Origin: an uncultured Pseudomonadota bacterium | Lineage (GTDB): Bacteria > Bdellovibrionota_B > Oligoflexia > Oligoflexales > CAIMVM01 | Length of the DNA stretch: 64,000 bases | NCBI GenBank assembly: GCA_903844895.1 | Contig: CAIMVM010000153.1 | Coordinates: 1,226-65,225, forward strand | Reading direction: 5' to 3' | Shown: positions 1-9,403 of the stretch, in pieces | Position numbering within the stretch: the first letter of the stretch is position 1 | Layout of the letters: each line of letters starts with the position of its first letter | The notes under the pieces: generated by a model | Databases searched by the model: none | What the model saw: the letters and a program-made list of their open reading frames with translations, nothing else | Told to the model about the DNA's origin: nothing | Position numbers and translations under genes: made by a program

Positions 1-1
1 G

Positions 2-457
2 AAAGCTTTTTTTGGCGCCCCTGAAACTCATGACGCCTATATTCCTGAAGAGTTTAAGTCTTTGGTCGGTCAGCATCCCTTTCAGAAAGAAAGTGTCGAG
101 ATAAAAAACAACACGAAATTTTTAACCATAAGCAACAGTATTGTAATTCCAGACTTCTTTGTCCATTCGAAAGAAAAAGGGTTCTTTATAGAGCTCATTC
201 ATAAGTGGCACCAATCTAGCGCCATAAAGTCTCTCAGTAGCTTAGCAGAGCTTAAAAAAAATGGCCTCGTTCTGGCTATCGATAAGTCCCTAACAAAAGA
301 GCCAAAAGTTCAGAAATTAATAGAAAAAGCAAGGAGTGAGAATATACCCGTATTGGAATTTAGGGAGTTTCCCACAATACGCTCTATTTTAGAGATTTTT
401 ACAAATTTTCCAAATTATTCGCTTTTAAAGCCAGGGTGGCCTAGTGCCGACAATTAA
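2..457 (+). CDS. hypothetical protein, 5' end outside the window (possibly the C-terminus of a PD-(D/E)xK / DUF790-like nuclease)
   Basis: The frame is open from nt 2 to the stop at 457. Track ORF 62..457 only begins at the first TTG. The motif IPDFFV...GFFIELI is reminiscent of a restriction-endonuclease-like core, but the similarity is weak. Confidence 0.35.
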   Translation, partial: KAFFGAPETHDAYIPEEFKSLVGQHPFQKESVEIKNNTKFLTISNSIVIPDFFVHSKEKGFFIELIHKWHQSSAIKSLSSLAELKKNGLVLAIDKSLTKEPKVQKLIEKARSENIPVLEFREFPTIRSILEIFTNFPNYSLLKPGWPSADN

Positions 458-1709
458 AAATGAGATAGATTTATACCTCGTTCCTGGAGACAATAACGTG
501 GCACCCAGAAAGCGCAACACAGCAGCATCATTAAACACCACATTGGAGCGTGCCATAATGCCTAATGAAATGGAAACACGAAAGTTGTTGCCTATGACTG
601 GCGAAGATTCGGATTGTTATCAGAGGCGTATTCGACGTTCCGAAGAATTGTTTAGAGTGCTTTCCCAAGCTTCAGGTAAAAATCTTTTGATTTGTATTAA
701 AGGTTATCCTGATCCAGATAGTATTGGCTCAGCATTAGCATTGCAGTGGCTAGCGGGAAACTACAAAATTTCATCGCAAATTATCTATTTCGATGAAATT
801 TCTCATCACGAAAATCGTGCCTTAGTCAAAAAATTAGATATTGATATGATTCATTGGTCGGATAAGTTTGACGCCAGTTCGTTTCAGTATTTTGCGGTAA
901 ATGATGCTCAAAGTCCCGAACTACCCATAAAACTTCCGGAACACCTAAAGTTGTTGGTTTTTGTCGATCACCATAGATTGCTTCCCCTTGTCACGTCAGA
1001 GTTTCTTGATGTGAGGGAAGACGCAGGCTCTACGTCAGCCATTTATTGTGAGTATCTCATGTCTTCTGAAGTCAAGTTTACAGGTCAAACGGAAGCAGAA
1101 GGTAAAATTGCATCCGCCCTAATGCACGGCATTAGAACGGATACTGACGACTTTACCAATGCGCAACCTATCGATTTTATGGCGAGTCAGTTTTTGGCAA
1201 AAAAAGTTGATAAAGACCTTTTAGGCTTGATTTCTAGACAATCCATCCCAGCTAAAACCATGGACCTAACTCAGCTTGCCCTTCAGCATAAAGATATCAA
1301 AGAAACGTTTCTTTTTGCTGGCGTGGGCTATGTTCGCGAAGAAGACAGAGACGGCATAGGTCAGTGTGCTGATTATCTTCTTCACCGAGAAGGCATTGAA
1401 ACGGTAGTTGTCTATGGAATTGTGGGCAACTCTGCAGTGGATGGATCCCTCAGGACCCGCTCTCATACTCTGGATCCAGATAAGTGGCTAAAAAATGTTT
1501 TCGGACAAGACAAAGAAGGCCAGTGGTACGGTGGGGGGCGAAAAGATAAAGGCGGATTTCAAATTCCTCTTGGAATATTTTCAAAATGCTCAGACCGCGA
1601 GCTCATGTGGATCCTTATTAAAAAAACTGTCGACGAGTTATTCTATAGCAAAATGGGCATCGACACGATGTCGTCACGGGACAGTGACTTAGCTGCCGGC
1701 AAAGTCTAG
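444..1709 (+). CDS. DHH/DHHA1 family phosphoesterase (NrnA-like)
   Basis: 421 aa. It has the DHH motif (VFVDHH), GYPDPDSIGSALAL, and a C-terminal GGGRKDKGGF DHHA1-like motif. The GTG start is uncertain. Confidence 0.7.
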   Translation: MPTIKNEIDLYLVPGDNNVAPRKRNTAASLNTTLERAIMPNEMETRKLLPMTGEDSDCYQRRIRRSEELFRVLSQASGKNLLICIKGYPDPDSIGSALALQWLAGNYKISSQIIYFDEISHHENRALVKKLDIDMIHWSDKFDASSFQYFAVNDAQSPELPIKLPEHLKLLVFVDHHRLLPLVTSEFLDVREDAGSTSAIYCEYLMSSEVKFTGQTEAEGKIASALMHGIRTDTDDFTNAQPIDFMASQFLAKKVDKDLLGLISRQSIPAKTMDLTQLALQHKDIKETFLFAGVGYVREEDRDGIGQCADYLLHREGIETVVVYGIVGNSAVDGSLRTRSHTLDPDKWLKNVFGQDKEGQWYGGGRKDKGGFQIPLGIFSKCSDRELMWILIKKTVDELFYSKMGIDTMSSRDSDLAAGKV

Positions 1710-2124
1710 AGGAGTCCTTCATTCAAGCCAGAAGATTTGGCATTTAGGATCTGTCCTGATGTCCAAAAATATCATTCTATAAGTCGTCTAGATTGAGAAT
1801 TGGAAGTTCTTCATCTGGGTGACTTTTCTGTCCCCCTACAAACCGGCGTGAATACGAAGCTTTAGGTATCAATGGTTATAACCTCAAGATCCACAGGGCA
1901 CTCGATTCAGATGGAGTTACATTCAAAGCTCTAACTTCTGACGCACTTCTCGATAGTTATAGCTTAAGCAGACGGATCTATCTTGGCGATGGACTTCTCT
2001 TTTCCTTGCGTTCCACGTATTCAGGTGAGATTTTTCTTTTAATCTTCACGGAGTTGCACTAGAAGGTGCAGGCGGAGAAGGCTAATTTTTATAGGCCAAA
2101 CTGCCGTCCAAGGATTTAGGAATT

Positions 2125-3030
2125 ATGAGGACCGCCATTAGATTTAAGCGCATCAACATAGAAATTTCAAATATTTGCAATCTTAAGTGCTCGTTTTGCC
2201 CGGAGGTAGAACGTTCACAAAAAGTTATGTCTGTCAGTGAGTTTGAATCCCTATTAGGTAAGGTAGCACACGTTACCGAGGAAGTGGTGCCACACCTTCT
2301 CGGTGAGCCATTGAATCATCCTCATATTAAGGAATTATTGGACATTGCCCATAAAAAGAACGTGAGAGTTAATTTGACGACGAATGGCGTTCTCTTATCG
2401 GAGCAAAGAATGGCAGTGCTGCTGCACCCGGCGCTTAGACAGGTCAATATTTCCCTGCAATCCTTTACGGACAATTTTAAGGGAGCCTCACCTCAGACCT
2501 ACATGGCTAAAATTTCTCGATTTGTCGCACAAGCAGAACGCGAGAGGCCTGATTTATACATCAATCTTAGATTTTGGGACAATGATGTCATTGTAAATTC
2601 TTTAAATCCCTCAGATATTATGGTGTCATGTAGCGAAGCATTTCAGTTTTCCTGGTCCGATGTAAAAGTCGATGTTCGTCGCAAAAAGAACTTTAAAATT
2701 AGAGATCGGCTTTATCTTCATTTTGATTCTCGATTTATATGGCCAAGACTTGACTCTGAAAAGTTAAGCGAAAAAGGTTTTTGCCATGGCTTATCTGGCC
2801 ATGTCGGTATACATGCAGACGGAACAGTAGTGCCCTGCTGCCTGGATGACAAGGGTGTTTTAGCATTAGGGAATTTGCACACACAGTCTCTTGATTCCAT
2901 TCTTGGCAGTCCCAGGGCTCAAAATATGCTCGAAGGATTTGAAAAGGGCGAGCTACGTGAAGACCTTTGTCAAAAGTGTGACTATGTAAAACGTTTTTCG
3001 AGACACGCGAAATCTCAAAAAAAAAGATAG
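2125..3030 (+). CDS. radical SAM protein with a C-terminal SPASM/twitch-like Cys cluster
   Basis: It has CNLKCSFCP (CxxxCxxC) near the N-terminus and C-terminal CCLDD...CQKCDY cysteines. Confidence 0.8.
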   Translation: MRTAIRFKRINIEISNICNLKCSFCPEVERSQKVMSVSEFESLLGKVAHVTEEVVPHLLGEPLNHPHIKELLDIAHKKNVRVNLTTNGVLLSEQRMAVLLHPALRQVNISLQSFTDNFKGASPQTYMAKISRFVAQAERERPDLYINLRFWDNDVIVNSLNPSDIMVSCSEAFQFSWSDVKVDVRRKKNFKIRDRLYLHFDSRFIWPRLDSEKLSEKGFCHGLSGHVGIHADGTVVPCCLDDKGVLALGNLHTQSLDSILGSPRAQNMLEGFEKGELREDLCQKCDYVKRFSRHAKSQKKR

Positions 3031-3194
3031 TGGGATAAACCACTATCTCATTTTCGATTCTCTTGATTTTATGCGTTCAATTGTTTTCTAAATTGCTTTT
3101 TAAAACGCGGCTAAGATCTTTTTTGTTTTTTACTTTTCTTAAATATGGGATTTTCCGTAAAAAACTAATTCAATGCTAGACTCCTTACCGCCTA

Positions 3195-5000
3195 CTATTT
3201 CTTGAGTTTTTTCAATAAAACACTTAGAGGATATTTACTATAAATCTTTCCTGTAAATGAAACTTTACTCTTTTCAGGTAGCGTATAAGCCCCTCCATTG
3301 GGTTCGGGGGCGCCATCTAAAATAGTTAGGGAGCCGCCACCAATCAGGCCAAGTTCCATCCAGCCAGCATCGCCAGCGCTCGGATCTACCTGGACTTGCA
3401 GAGCTCCCGTATTCGCATATCCCAAGTGACCCATGGGGGCGTTCAGCGTGCGGAAAAGATCTTTTTCCGTAATAGTTGAAAACGCAAATATGACATTTGG
3501 TATAGCCGGAGTGGTAAATTGTGTGGTTAGACTTATATCGCGATTCTCTAAAACCTGTCTCATGGCAAGGGATGTGCCCAAGATAGATACTGGAGCCTGA
3601 GTTGTTCCACCTTCTGAAATCAAGGATAGACTCAAGGAACTTGAGCCGACTTCGGAATGAAATGAAAATGGAGAATCTGCTCTCATTGCATCAATGACTC
3701 CGGATATCTCAGCAATGGGAGCCCAGCAATTAATTGTGCCTTTTTCTAGGGAGTTGTAGGAACTAGAGCTGACAGACGCTAATTCCGATTCAAGAACTCT
3801 TTTTTGGTTATCTAGGTAATCTTGAATTCTTTTAATGACATTGCCATATTCAGAATCTCGAGATGTAGTTGACTTCATAGATAAAGTACTAAGCATTTTG
3901 AATTTTTCAAGTGCTTGAGGTCCCCATGTCTTAGCTAATAGTTCCTTGATTACAGCTAAATATTGCTTTCTTGATGGTTCGTACTTGATCAGCCAATTGG
4001 GGAGTGCAGCAGATGATGAAACATGATATAGGCGATTTTTAACACCGCGATTGATAATGTCTGTTTTAACAAATGTACCGTCTGTCCCCCAAGGTAGAAA
4101 CTTTATTTTTCCAAGTCCGCCTTCTTTACTAGGGACAAAGAACATAAAATTATTCATGTTGTTCGCGTAGCCATCCCAGTGACCTATAAGAGCTTCTGTA
4201 GCCCAAAATTTGTAGAAGCTTTCTAGATCGATCAGATTTGCAAGTTGCTCATATCCCGCGCTGGAAGGTGGGGTTTTTAGAATGGCGGTAACTTCACTAA
4301 TTAAATTTTTGATTTTCGCTTTGTCATTTCCTGAATCTTTAGTCTTGATCTCAAAACGATTTCGCCCAGAGTCACTAAAATCGGCATGGGTGCCTTCAAC
4401 TAAAATGCCTGATTGTCCGTCAATGGTTTCGTAAGCGGTTTTGGGACTTTCTACCATAGTGTAGAGGCCGAGATTTTGAGTATGACCTCCAGCTTGTATA
4501 CTCACCTCCGCGAGTTGACATTTTGGGGTGGGTAAACCAGCTTTGTCGAAGAAGAAATAAGCCAAGCACTGCTTGATATGCGATGGATCTTGGCGGTCTG
4601 AATTCAGTACGATTTCATCGATATTTTTAGATACATCTTTGAGCTTGAATGACGGCTTAGCGGCGCTAAGCGATCCCATGTAGCCTTTCTTAGAAAGTGT
4701 GGCTCCGCCTAAGTTAGATCCGTTAAGGGTTAGTCCATTCACTTTGTATTTTTTGTAGGGGTCTACGTCAACATCAGAGCGACATTCGTTGATTTTTTCT
4801 GATATGTCTCTGCCCTCTCTTTTCATTTTTTGCAAGTCGTCGCCATTCATTGAGAATGATATCTTTGCGATGGAAGAAGGGTCAAATAGAGATCCATTTT
4901 TCGAAACTAAGTCTGAAGGGTCTGCCATTTTGGGTCGACAATTCAGGTTTGACGCGGTTAGCGCCAGTATAGGTATCCATTTTAGAGTTTTATTTTTCAA
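3195..5000 (-). CDS. CotH family protein, secreted or lipoprotein
   Basis: 601 aa with an N-terminal signal and a HWDGYANNMNNFMFF motif typical of CotH kinase-like proteins. Confidence 0.7.
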   Translation of the reverse strand: MKNKTLKWIPILALTASNLNCRPKMADPSDLVSKNGSLFDPSSIAKISFSMNGDDLQKMKREGRDISEKINECRSDVDVDPYKKYKVNGLTLNGSNLGGATLSKKGYMGSLSAAKPSFKLKDVSKNIDEIVLNSDRQDPSHIKQCLAYFFFDKAGLPTPKCQLAEVSIQAGGHTQNLGLYTMVESPKTAYETIDGQSGILVEGTHADFSDSGRNRFEIKTKDSGNDKAKIKNLISEVTAILKTPPSSAGYEQLANLIDLESFYKFWATEALIGHWDGYANNMNNFMFFVPSKEGGLGKIKFLPWGTDGTFVKTDIINRGVKNRLYHVSSSAALPNWLIKYEPSRKQYLAVIKELLAKTWGPQALEKFKMLSTLSMKSTTSRDSEYGNVIKRIQDYLDNQKRVLESELASVSSSSYNSLEKGTINCWAPIAEISGVIDAMRADSPFSFHSEVGSSSLSLSLISEGGTTQAPVSILGTSLAMRQVLENRDISLTTQFTTPAIPNVIFAFSTITEKDLFRTLNAPMGHLGYANTGALQVQVDPSAGDAGWMELGLIGGGSLTILDGAPEPNGGAYTLPEKSKVSFTGKIYSKYPLSVLLKKLKK

Positions 5001-5024
5001 AGCAATGTATCCTTTCAGCCGAAG

Positions 5025-6344
5025 CTATTTCTTAAGAAATTTTGTAATTTTCTTGAATATTCCCGTTTCTTTGCCTTTGACCAAACGAGATATGTCTCTG
5101 CCGTGTGGTGCGAATTTCATAAGAATAAGGGGTTTCGTCGTCGCTAAGTCTTTGACAAGCGCTGGTGAATAGTCAACTTCCTTATAGCCATGGTCTAAAA
5201 GCAATTTTTTCGCCGTGGATGTGGCATCTATATCGCTCAATCCGCTGTTTTTGTAGGCACTAATCAACGCATGGTAATTTTGCAAAATGTCTTTGATGTA
5301 TCCGATTTGCTCTGCATAGTAGGACGATGCAGCATAAAGCGAGATAGGGAATCTTTTATATCCTTTTGGCCGCCTCATCAGCTGTAGAGCTTGAAAGTAT
5401 TTTCCTTCGGTAACTGACGGCAGGGACATGGTGGCTTCGTAATCGGGAACTCCTGAGTTTCCTGCAGTAGCATCGGGATAGATAAGCCCATCAAAGCTTA
5501 CAATCAGTATGGGAATCCACCTTAAATTTCTTCTAAGTTCGTGATATCCCTCCTCTAAATCCTCAAAATCTAATTCTTTCGAGTCAAATTCTTCCAATTC
5601 TCGAGTTAGAATTTTGACTATTTTTGAGTTGTCAGCTTCGTTGGTCAAAAGATCTTTTTTGTTTTTAGAAAGCTGAGAAAAGAGTCTTGTGAGGTAGGGA
5701 ACCTGACCTTGAGCGTTCGGCAGCCAATCAGTGATTATTAATTGGCTTAAGATGGAATAACTTTTTTGCAAATTTGTGCTTTGAAAACTGAGTACTTGAG
5801 GAGAAGCGTTTACGCTTTGAGAGAATTTTAGATTCATTGCCTTTTCACCATATTGACCTAAGCCGTCTTCCATCTGTTTAATACCAAAATTAGGCCTTAG
5901 TCCTGATTTAGATTCGTTTGTATAGAGCGGTTCCATAAATTTTTCATAATCGTCAACTTTGCGGTATAAGCGAATCAGTGCTTCTATCCGAAAGAATTCT
6001 GTTCTATAGGTTTGATAGGCTTGAGCAAGGCCCTTAACAGTGGTGTCTTGATCCGCTGAGCCTACCTTTTTAATCGTGCTAAATGATATTTGATGGATAG
6101 AGTCAGCTGCGTATAAGAAGCGCTCTAAGATTTCTTGTGAATCGGATTTTTTTAAGTCATTGTAAAGTTCGCGTATTCCATACACATCGAGTAGCTTCTC
6201 CTCGCCCTCTGTAAGTTTGAATTTTGCGTTAGCAGATTTTGTGTAGGTATCTTCGTCTATTGAGCTTTTAGGTTTACAACCGGAAAAAGATAGAGTCATC
6301 AATGTGATTGCGATGAAAAATTTGTAAGGCAAGTTAGGTTTCAC
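5025..6344 (-). CDS. lipoprotein of unknown function
   Basis: 439 aa with a signal peptide and lipobox (LSFSGC). It lies immediately upstream of the cotH-like gene on the same strand. Confidence 0.55.
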   Translation of the reverse strand: MKPNLPYKFFIAITLMTLSFSGCKPKSSIDEDTYTKSANAKFKLTEGEEKLLDVYGIRELYNDLKKSDSQEILERFLYAADSIHQISFSTIKKVGSADQDTTVKGLAQAYQTYRTEFFRIEALIRLYRKVDDYEKFMEPLYTNESKSGLRPNFGIKQMEDGLGQYGEKAMNLKFSQSVNASPQVLSFQSTNLQKSYSILSQLIITDWLPNAQGQVPYLTRLFSQLSKNKKDLLTNEADNSKIVKILTRELEEFDSKELDFEDLEEGYHELRRNLRWIPILIVSFDGLIYPDATAGNSGVPDYEATMSLPSVTEGKYFQALQLMRRPKGYKRFPISLYAASSYYAEQIGYIKDILQNYHALISAYKNSGLSDIDATSTAKKLLLDHGYKEVDYSPALVKDLATTKPLILMKFAPHGRDISRLVKGKETGIFKKITKFLKK

Positions 6345-6729
6345 AAATCATCCTTATTTTAATTTAGTTAGGGAAGAATGTATTTTACATTAAAGTTTAC
6401 GTACTTGGTAGACTCGGCTTCAAGATAAGACTTTTCATGACAAGATTGGAGTTGGTGATCATTTCTTTTGACAAGTAAAAGAGATTGGAAAGGTTGCGAT
6501 GGCAACATGGGATTCTTGGCGAGTTGGCGGGTTTTCACGTAAAAGATTCCTGTCTCACTTACTAACTTTGAAAAGTCTGCTCAGGCTTCTGCGAGAGAGG
6601 TTTTTTAAAATAGAGTTGTATTTTACACTGCCCACTTGATCTGAGAAATGTTTGTACCAAAGCGTCGAACAGTTTTTTGTATTTAAGAGGTGTCTCCTTT
6701 TGAGAATAATGTGTCACATCCTTCGCATT

Positions 6730-7053
6730 CTATTTTGCGGAAAGTGCCCATTGTGTATAGGAGGGGTTTAGACTTTCAGTGTTAAGTTTGAGAATGCATG
6801 GTACTTGATAGGGATGAAGGTTTAAAATCTTTTCTCTAAGTTTTGCTTCTAAATGAGTTTGAGTTTTGAGGATGAGAAGAATTTCCTCATCAGTGTTTAG
6901 TTGACCTTGCCATTTGTAATAAGAAAGCATTTTAGGAAATACTTGGGCGCAAAAAGCCAGGTCTAGCTCCACTACTTTTTCCGCCAGCAGACGAGCGACC
7001 TCTTCGTTAGGGCATGGTATATAAAGCAATATTATGTTTGAATCTATGGTCAT
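6730..7053 (-). CDS. cutA: divalent-cation tolerance protein CutA
   Basis: 107 aa with a YKWQGQ...ILLILKT pattern. Its start overlaps the dtd stop by 4 nt. Confidence 0.85.
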   Translation of the reverse strand: MTIDSNIILLYIPCPNEEVARLLAEKVVELDLAFCAQVFPKMLSYYKWQGQLNTDEEILLILKTQTHLEAKLREKILNLHPYQVPCILKLNTESLNPSYTQWALSAK

Positions 7054-7502
7054 GGGAGTATCTCTTTGGAGTCTAATAGGAAGGTCACTGGGCCACTGTT
7101 GATTAAGGACACTTCCATGTGCTGGCCGAATGACCCTGTTTCTGTGGGGATGCCCTTCTCTTTAGCTAAGGCTACAAACTTTTCATAGAGGTTTCGGGCT
7201 ACATCTGGAGCTGCCGCTTTTGTAAAGCTAGGGCGTCGCCCAGAGCCGAGGTCGGCATAAAGAGTAAATTGACTCACGATCAGCAATGATCCTTTAATAT
7301 CCATGAGGCTTAAATTCATTTTGCCTGCTGAGTCAGAAAAAGCACGCAGATGAATCAGCTTCTCCAACATGGGGAGTAAGTGGGTTTCATTATCCTCTGC
7401 CCCCACTCCAAAGAGTACAAGCCAACCGGGGCCGCTTCGCCCTACCCTAGTCCCTGCGACTTCAACTTTTGCTTCTGAAATTCTTTGTAGAATCATTTTC
7501 AT
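7050..7502 (-). CDS. dtd: D-aminoacyl-tRNA deacylase
   Basis: 150 aa with SQFTLYAD..GRRPSF and NSGPVTFLL motifs. Confidence 0.9.
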   Translation of the reverse strand: MKMILQRISEAKVEVAGTRVGRSGPGWLVLFGVGAEDNETHLLPMLEKLIHLRAFSDSAGKMNLSLMDIKGSLLIVSQFTLYADLGSGRRPSFTKAAAPDVARNLYEKFVALAKEKGIPTETGSFGQHMEVSLINSGPVTFLLDSKEILP

Positions 7503-7573
7503 GGGCCGTCACTCCAGGCTTCATTCTATTTTGTATCTATGATAGAACCAGGTGTCATGGTAAGCGAGAAAAA

Positions 7574-8218
7574 ATGGCTTTACACCTTTATACTTACGAC
7601 TCCCCCCCAAGCGTCAAAGATCTTGCTAAGGCGCAAAGAGTGCTAGAAAGCGGCGGTTTAATTATTTATCCTTCCGATGTTAATTGGGCCGTAGCATGTG
7701 ATGCTACGAATGCGGCGGCTGTAGATAAAGTTTTTCGACTCAAGCCTTCCCATCCAAGAGAAAAGCCCCTGAGTTTACTGATGCACTCCATATCTCAAAT
7801 TTCTGAGTATGCAGTATTAAGCAGCACTGCTTATAGGGTATCCAAGAAGCTTCTTCCAGGACCTTATACATTCATTTTAAACCGTGCCAAGAATTTGCCT
7901 CGGCAGTTAGGCGACAAAAGAAAGTCTATTGGCGTTCGTATCCCTAAGTCTCCTCTTTTGCTGGCGCTTTTGGAAACCTTTGGGAAGCCGCTGGCCTCGG
8001 GATCTCTTCCAAAACCCGAGGGGAAAGACGACTTTCTTACAAAAGGCTACGAGATTGAGGAGTGCTTTGGGCATGCTGTTGATCTTATTCTAGATTTAGG
8101 TGAGAGCCTTGCTCCTTTAGAGACGACCATTGTCGACCTTACAGAAGAACCGCCTAAAATCATTCGAAGCGGGATAGGTCCGATGGATTGGCTGTTGGAG
8201 ATAGGAGCCATAAAGTGA
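7574..8218 (+). CDS. YrdC/Sua5/YciO family threonylcarbamoyl-AMP synthase-like protein
   Basis: I moved the start to ATG 7574 (MALHLYTY...). The protein shows the YPSDVNWAVACDA, KPLSLL and IGVRIP family pattern. The track start at 7469 overlaps dtd and looks spurious. Confidence 0.8.
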   Translation: MALHLYTYDSPPSVKDLAKAQRVLESGGLIIYPSDVNWAVACDATNAAAVDKVFRLKPSHPREKPLSLLMHSISQISEYAVLSSTAYRVSKKLLPGPYTFILNRAKNLPRQLGDKRKSIGVRIPKSPLLLALLETFGKPLASGSLPKPEGKDDFLTKGYEIEECFGHAVDLILDLGESLAPLETTIVDLTEEPPKIIRSGIGPMDWLLEIGAIK

Positions 8219-8315
8219 TCTATGGATTTTGAATCAAAAGCGCTGGAGCGTCGCCTGCGGCAGGCACCGTCGTCAGAGAATATTTCCAAGCGCTTAGAAG
8301 GTAAGGATGTTACCC

Positions 8316-8993
8316 ATGAAACTCGCGGCGTTTGACCTGGGATTAGTGAGCTGGAGAGACGGTTTTGAGGCCCAAAAAGTGGCTCAAAGCCAGGTACTTC
8401 AAGGTGAGTTTGAAGGAATTTTTTTATGTTTAGAGCATAGCCCCACCATTACTTTGGGGCAAAACGGCGACTGGGGACTGCTGGTAGCTTCCCATTCGGA
8501 GCTGTCAAATTCTGGGGTTCAAGTTGAGTCCTCAGATCGGGGCGGGGAAATCACAGCCCATGAACCAGGCCAGCTTGTGATATATCCCATATTGGCACTG
8601 AGTCGGCTCAAATTGGGCGCTAAGTCTTATGTCCATATTCTTGAAGAGTCTGTGATACTTACCTTAGCTGAGTTTGGGCTAAAGGCACATCGTGACACGG
8701 ACTATCCGGGAGTTTGGGTGGGTGACCACAAGATTTGTGCCATTGGAATTAGAGTCTCTAACCGGATTTCCATGCATGGGCTGGCATTAAACATATCCAA
8801 CACCCTCAACCTATTTCAATACATCGTACCCTGCGGAATAAAAGGGCGCGGCGTGACGTCCCTTTGTTTACAATTGGGACAAGATGTGTCAGTAATGGTA
8901 GTAGCAGAAAAACTTGTTGCTCATCTTGGTCGGCTGATTTTTGGAACGGCTATTATCGTTGAAAAACGTATCATTGAAAAACCGTATCATTGA
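8316..8993 (+). CDS. lipB: octanoyltransferase LipB
   Basis: It contains EHSPTITLGQ, DRGGEITAHEPGQLV and KICAIGIR motifs. ATG 8316 has better spacing from the AAGGA RBS than ATG 8307. Confidence 0.85.
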   Translation: MKLAAFDLGLVSWRDGFEAQKVAQSQVLQGEFEGIFLCLEHSPTITLGQNGDWGLLVASHSELSNSGVQVESSDRGGEITAHEPGQLVIYPILALSRLKLGAKSYVHILEESVILTLAEFGLKAHRDTDYPGVWVGDHKICAIGIRVSNRISMHGLALNISNTLNLFQYIVPCGIKGRGVTSLCLQLGQDVSVMVVAEKLVAHLGRLIFGTAIIVEKRIIEKPYH

Positions 8994-9031
8994 AAAACAA
9001 GTTGAAGTAGGTTTTAAGTAAGGGGTAAATC

Positions 9032-9319
9032 ATGTCAGATAAATTTCATACCAATCCGGATAACTCCATAAGTTATATTGAAGCACCGATGCGTGAACAT
9101 GCCCTGCTGCCATGCTGTTTGGAAACCATCAATAAACATGCGGAAATTAATCCCATACTCTCCTGCCAAGAGTGCAAATTTCTTATTAAATGTTTTACGG
9201 AAGAAAATCAGTACCGAAATTATGTGAAATTCTGTCGCTCTCGTGGCCGAAAAGTTATGTCTGCCAAATATGATCGCTATTGGGTGGTTGTGTTTCCTAC
9301 ACAGGAAACTTTTCGCTAG
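9032..9319 (+). CDS. small Cys-rich hypothetical protein
   Basis: 95-aa ORF with an RBS (AAGGGG) upstream. I recognise no family. Confidence 0.4.
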   Translation: MSDKFHTNPDNSISYIEAPMREHALLPCCLETINKHAEINPILSCQECKFLIKCFTEENQYRNYVKFCRSRGRKVMSAKYDRYWVVVFPTQETFR

Positions 9320-9403
9320 CGATGTGTTGAATCAGGGCCTCGTTGGTTCGCCTGAAAATAGAATCCCTCCAGAGCTTCCCATAGGCGTATCGTTTCAGCT
9401 AAA

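Noticed and set aside
7469-7573. The N-terminal extension of the YrdC-like gene (track start 7469), which overlaps the dtd start region.
   Set aside because: The extension is hydrophobic and non-homologous, and it overlaps the divergent dtd gene. ATG 7574 gives the conserved family N-terminus.
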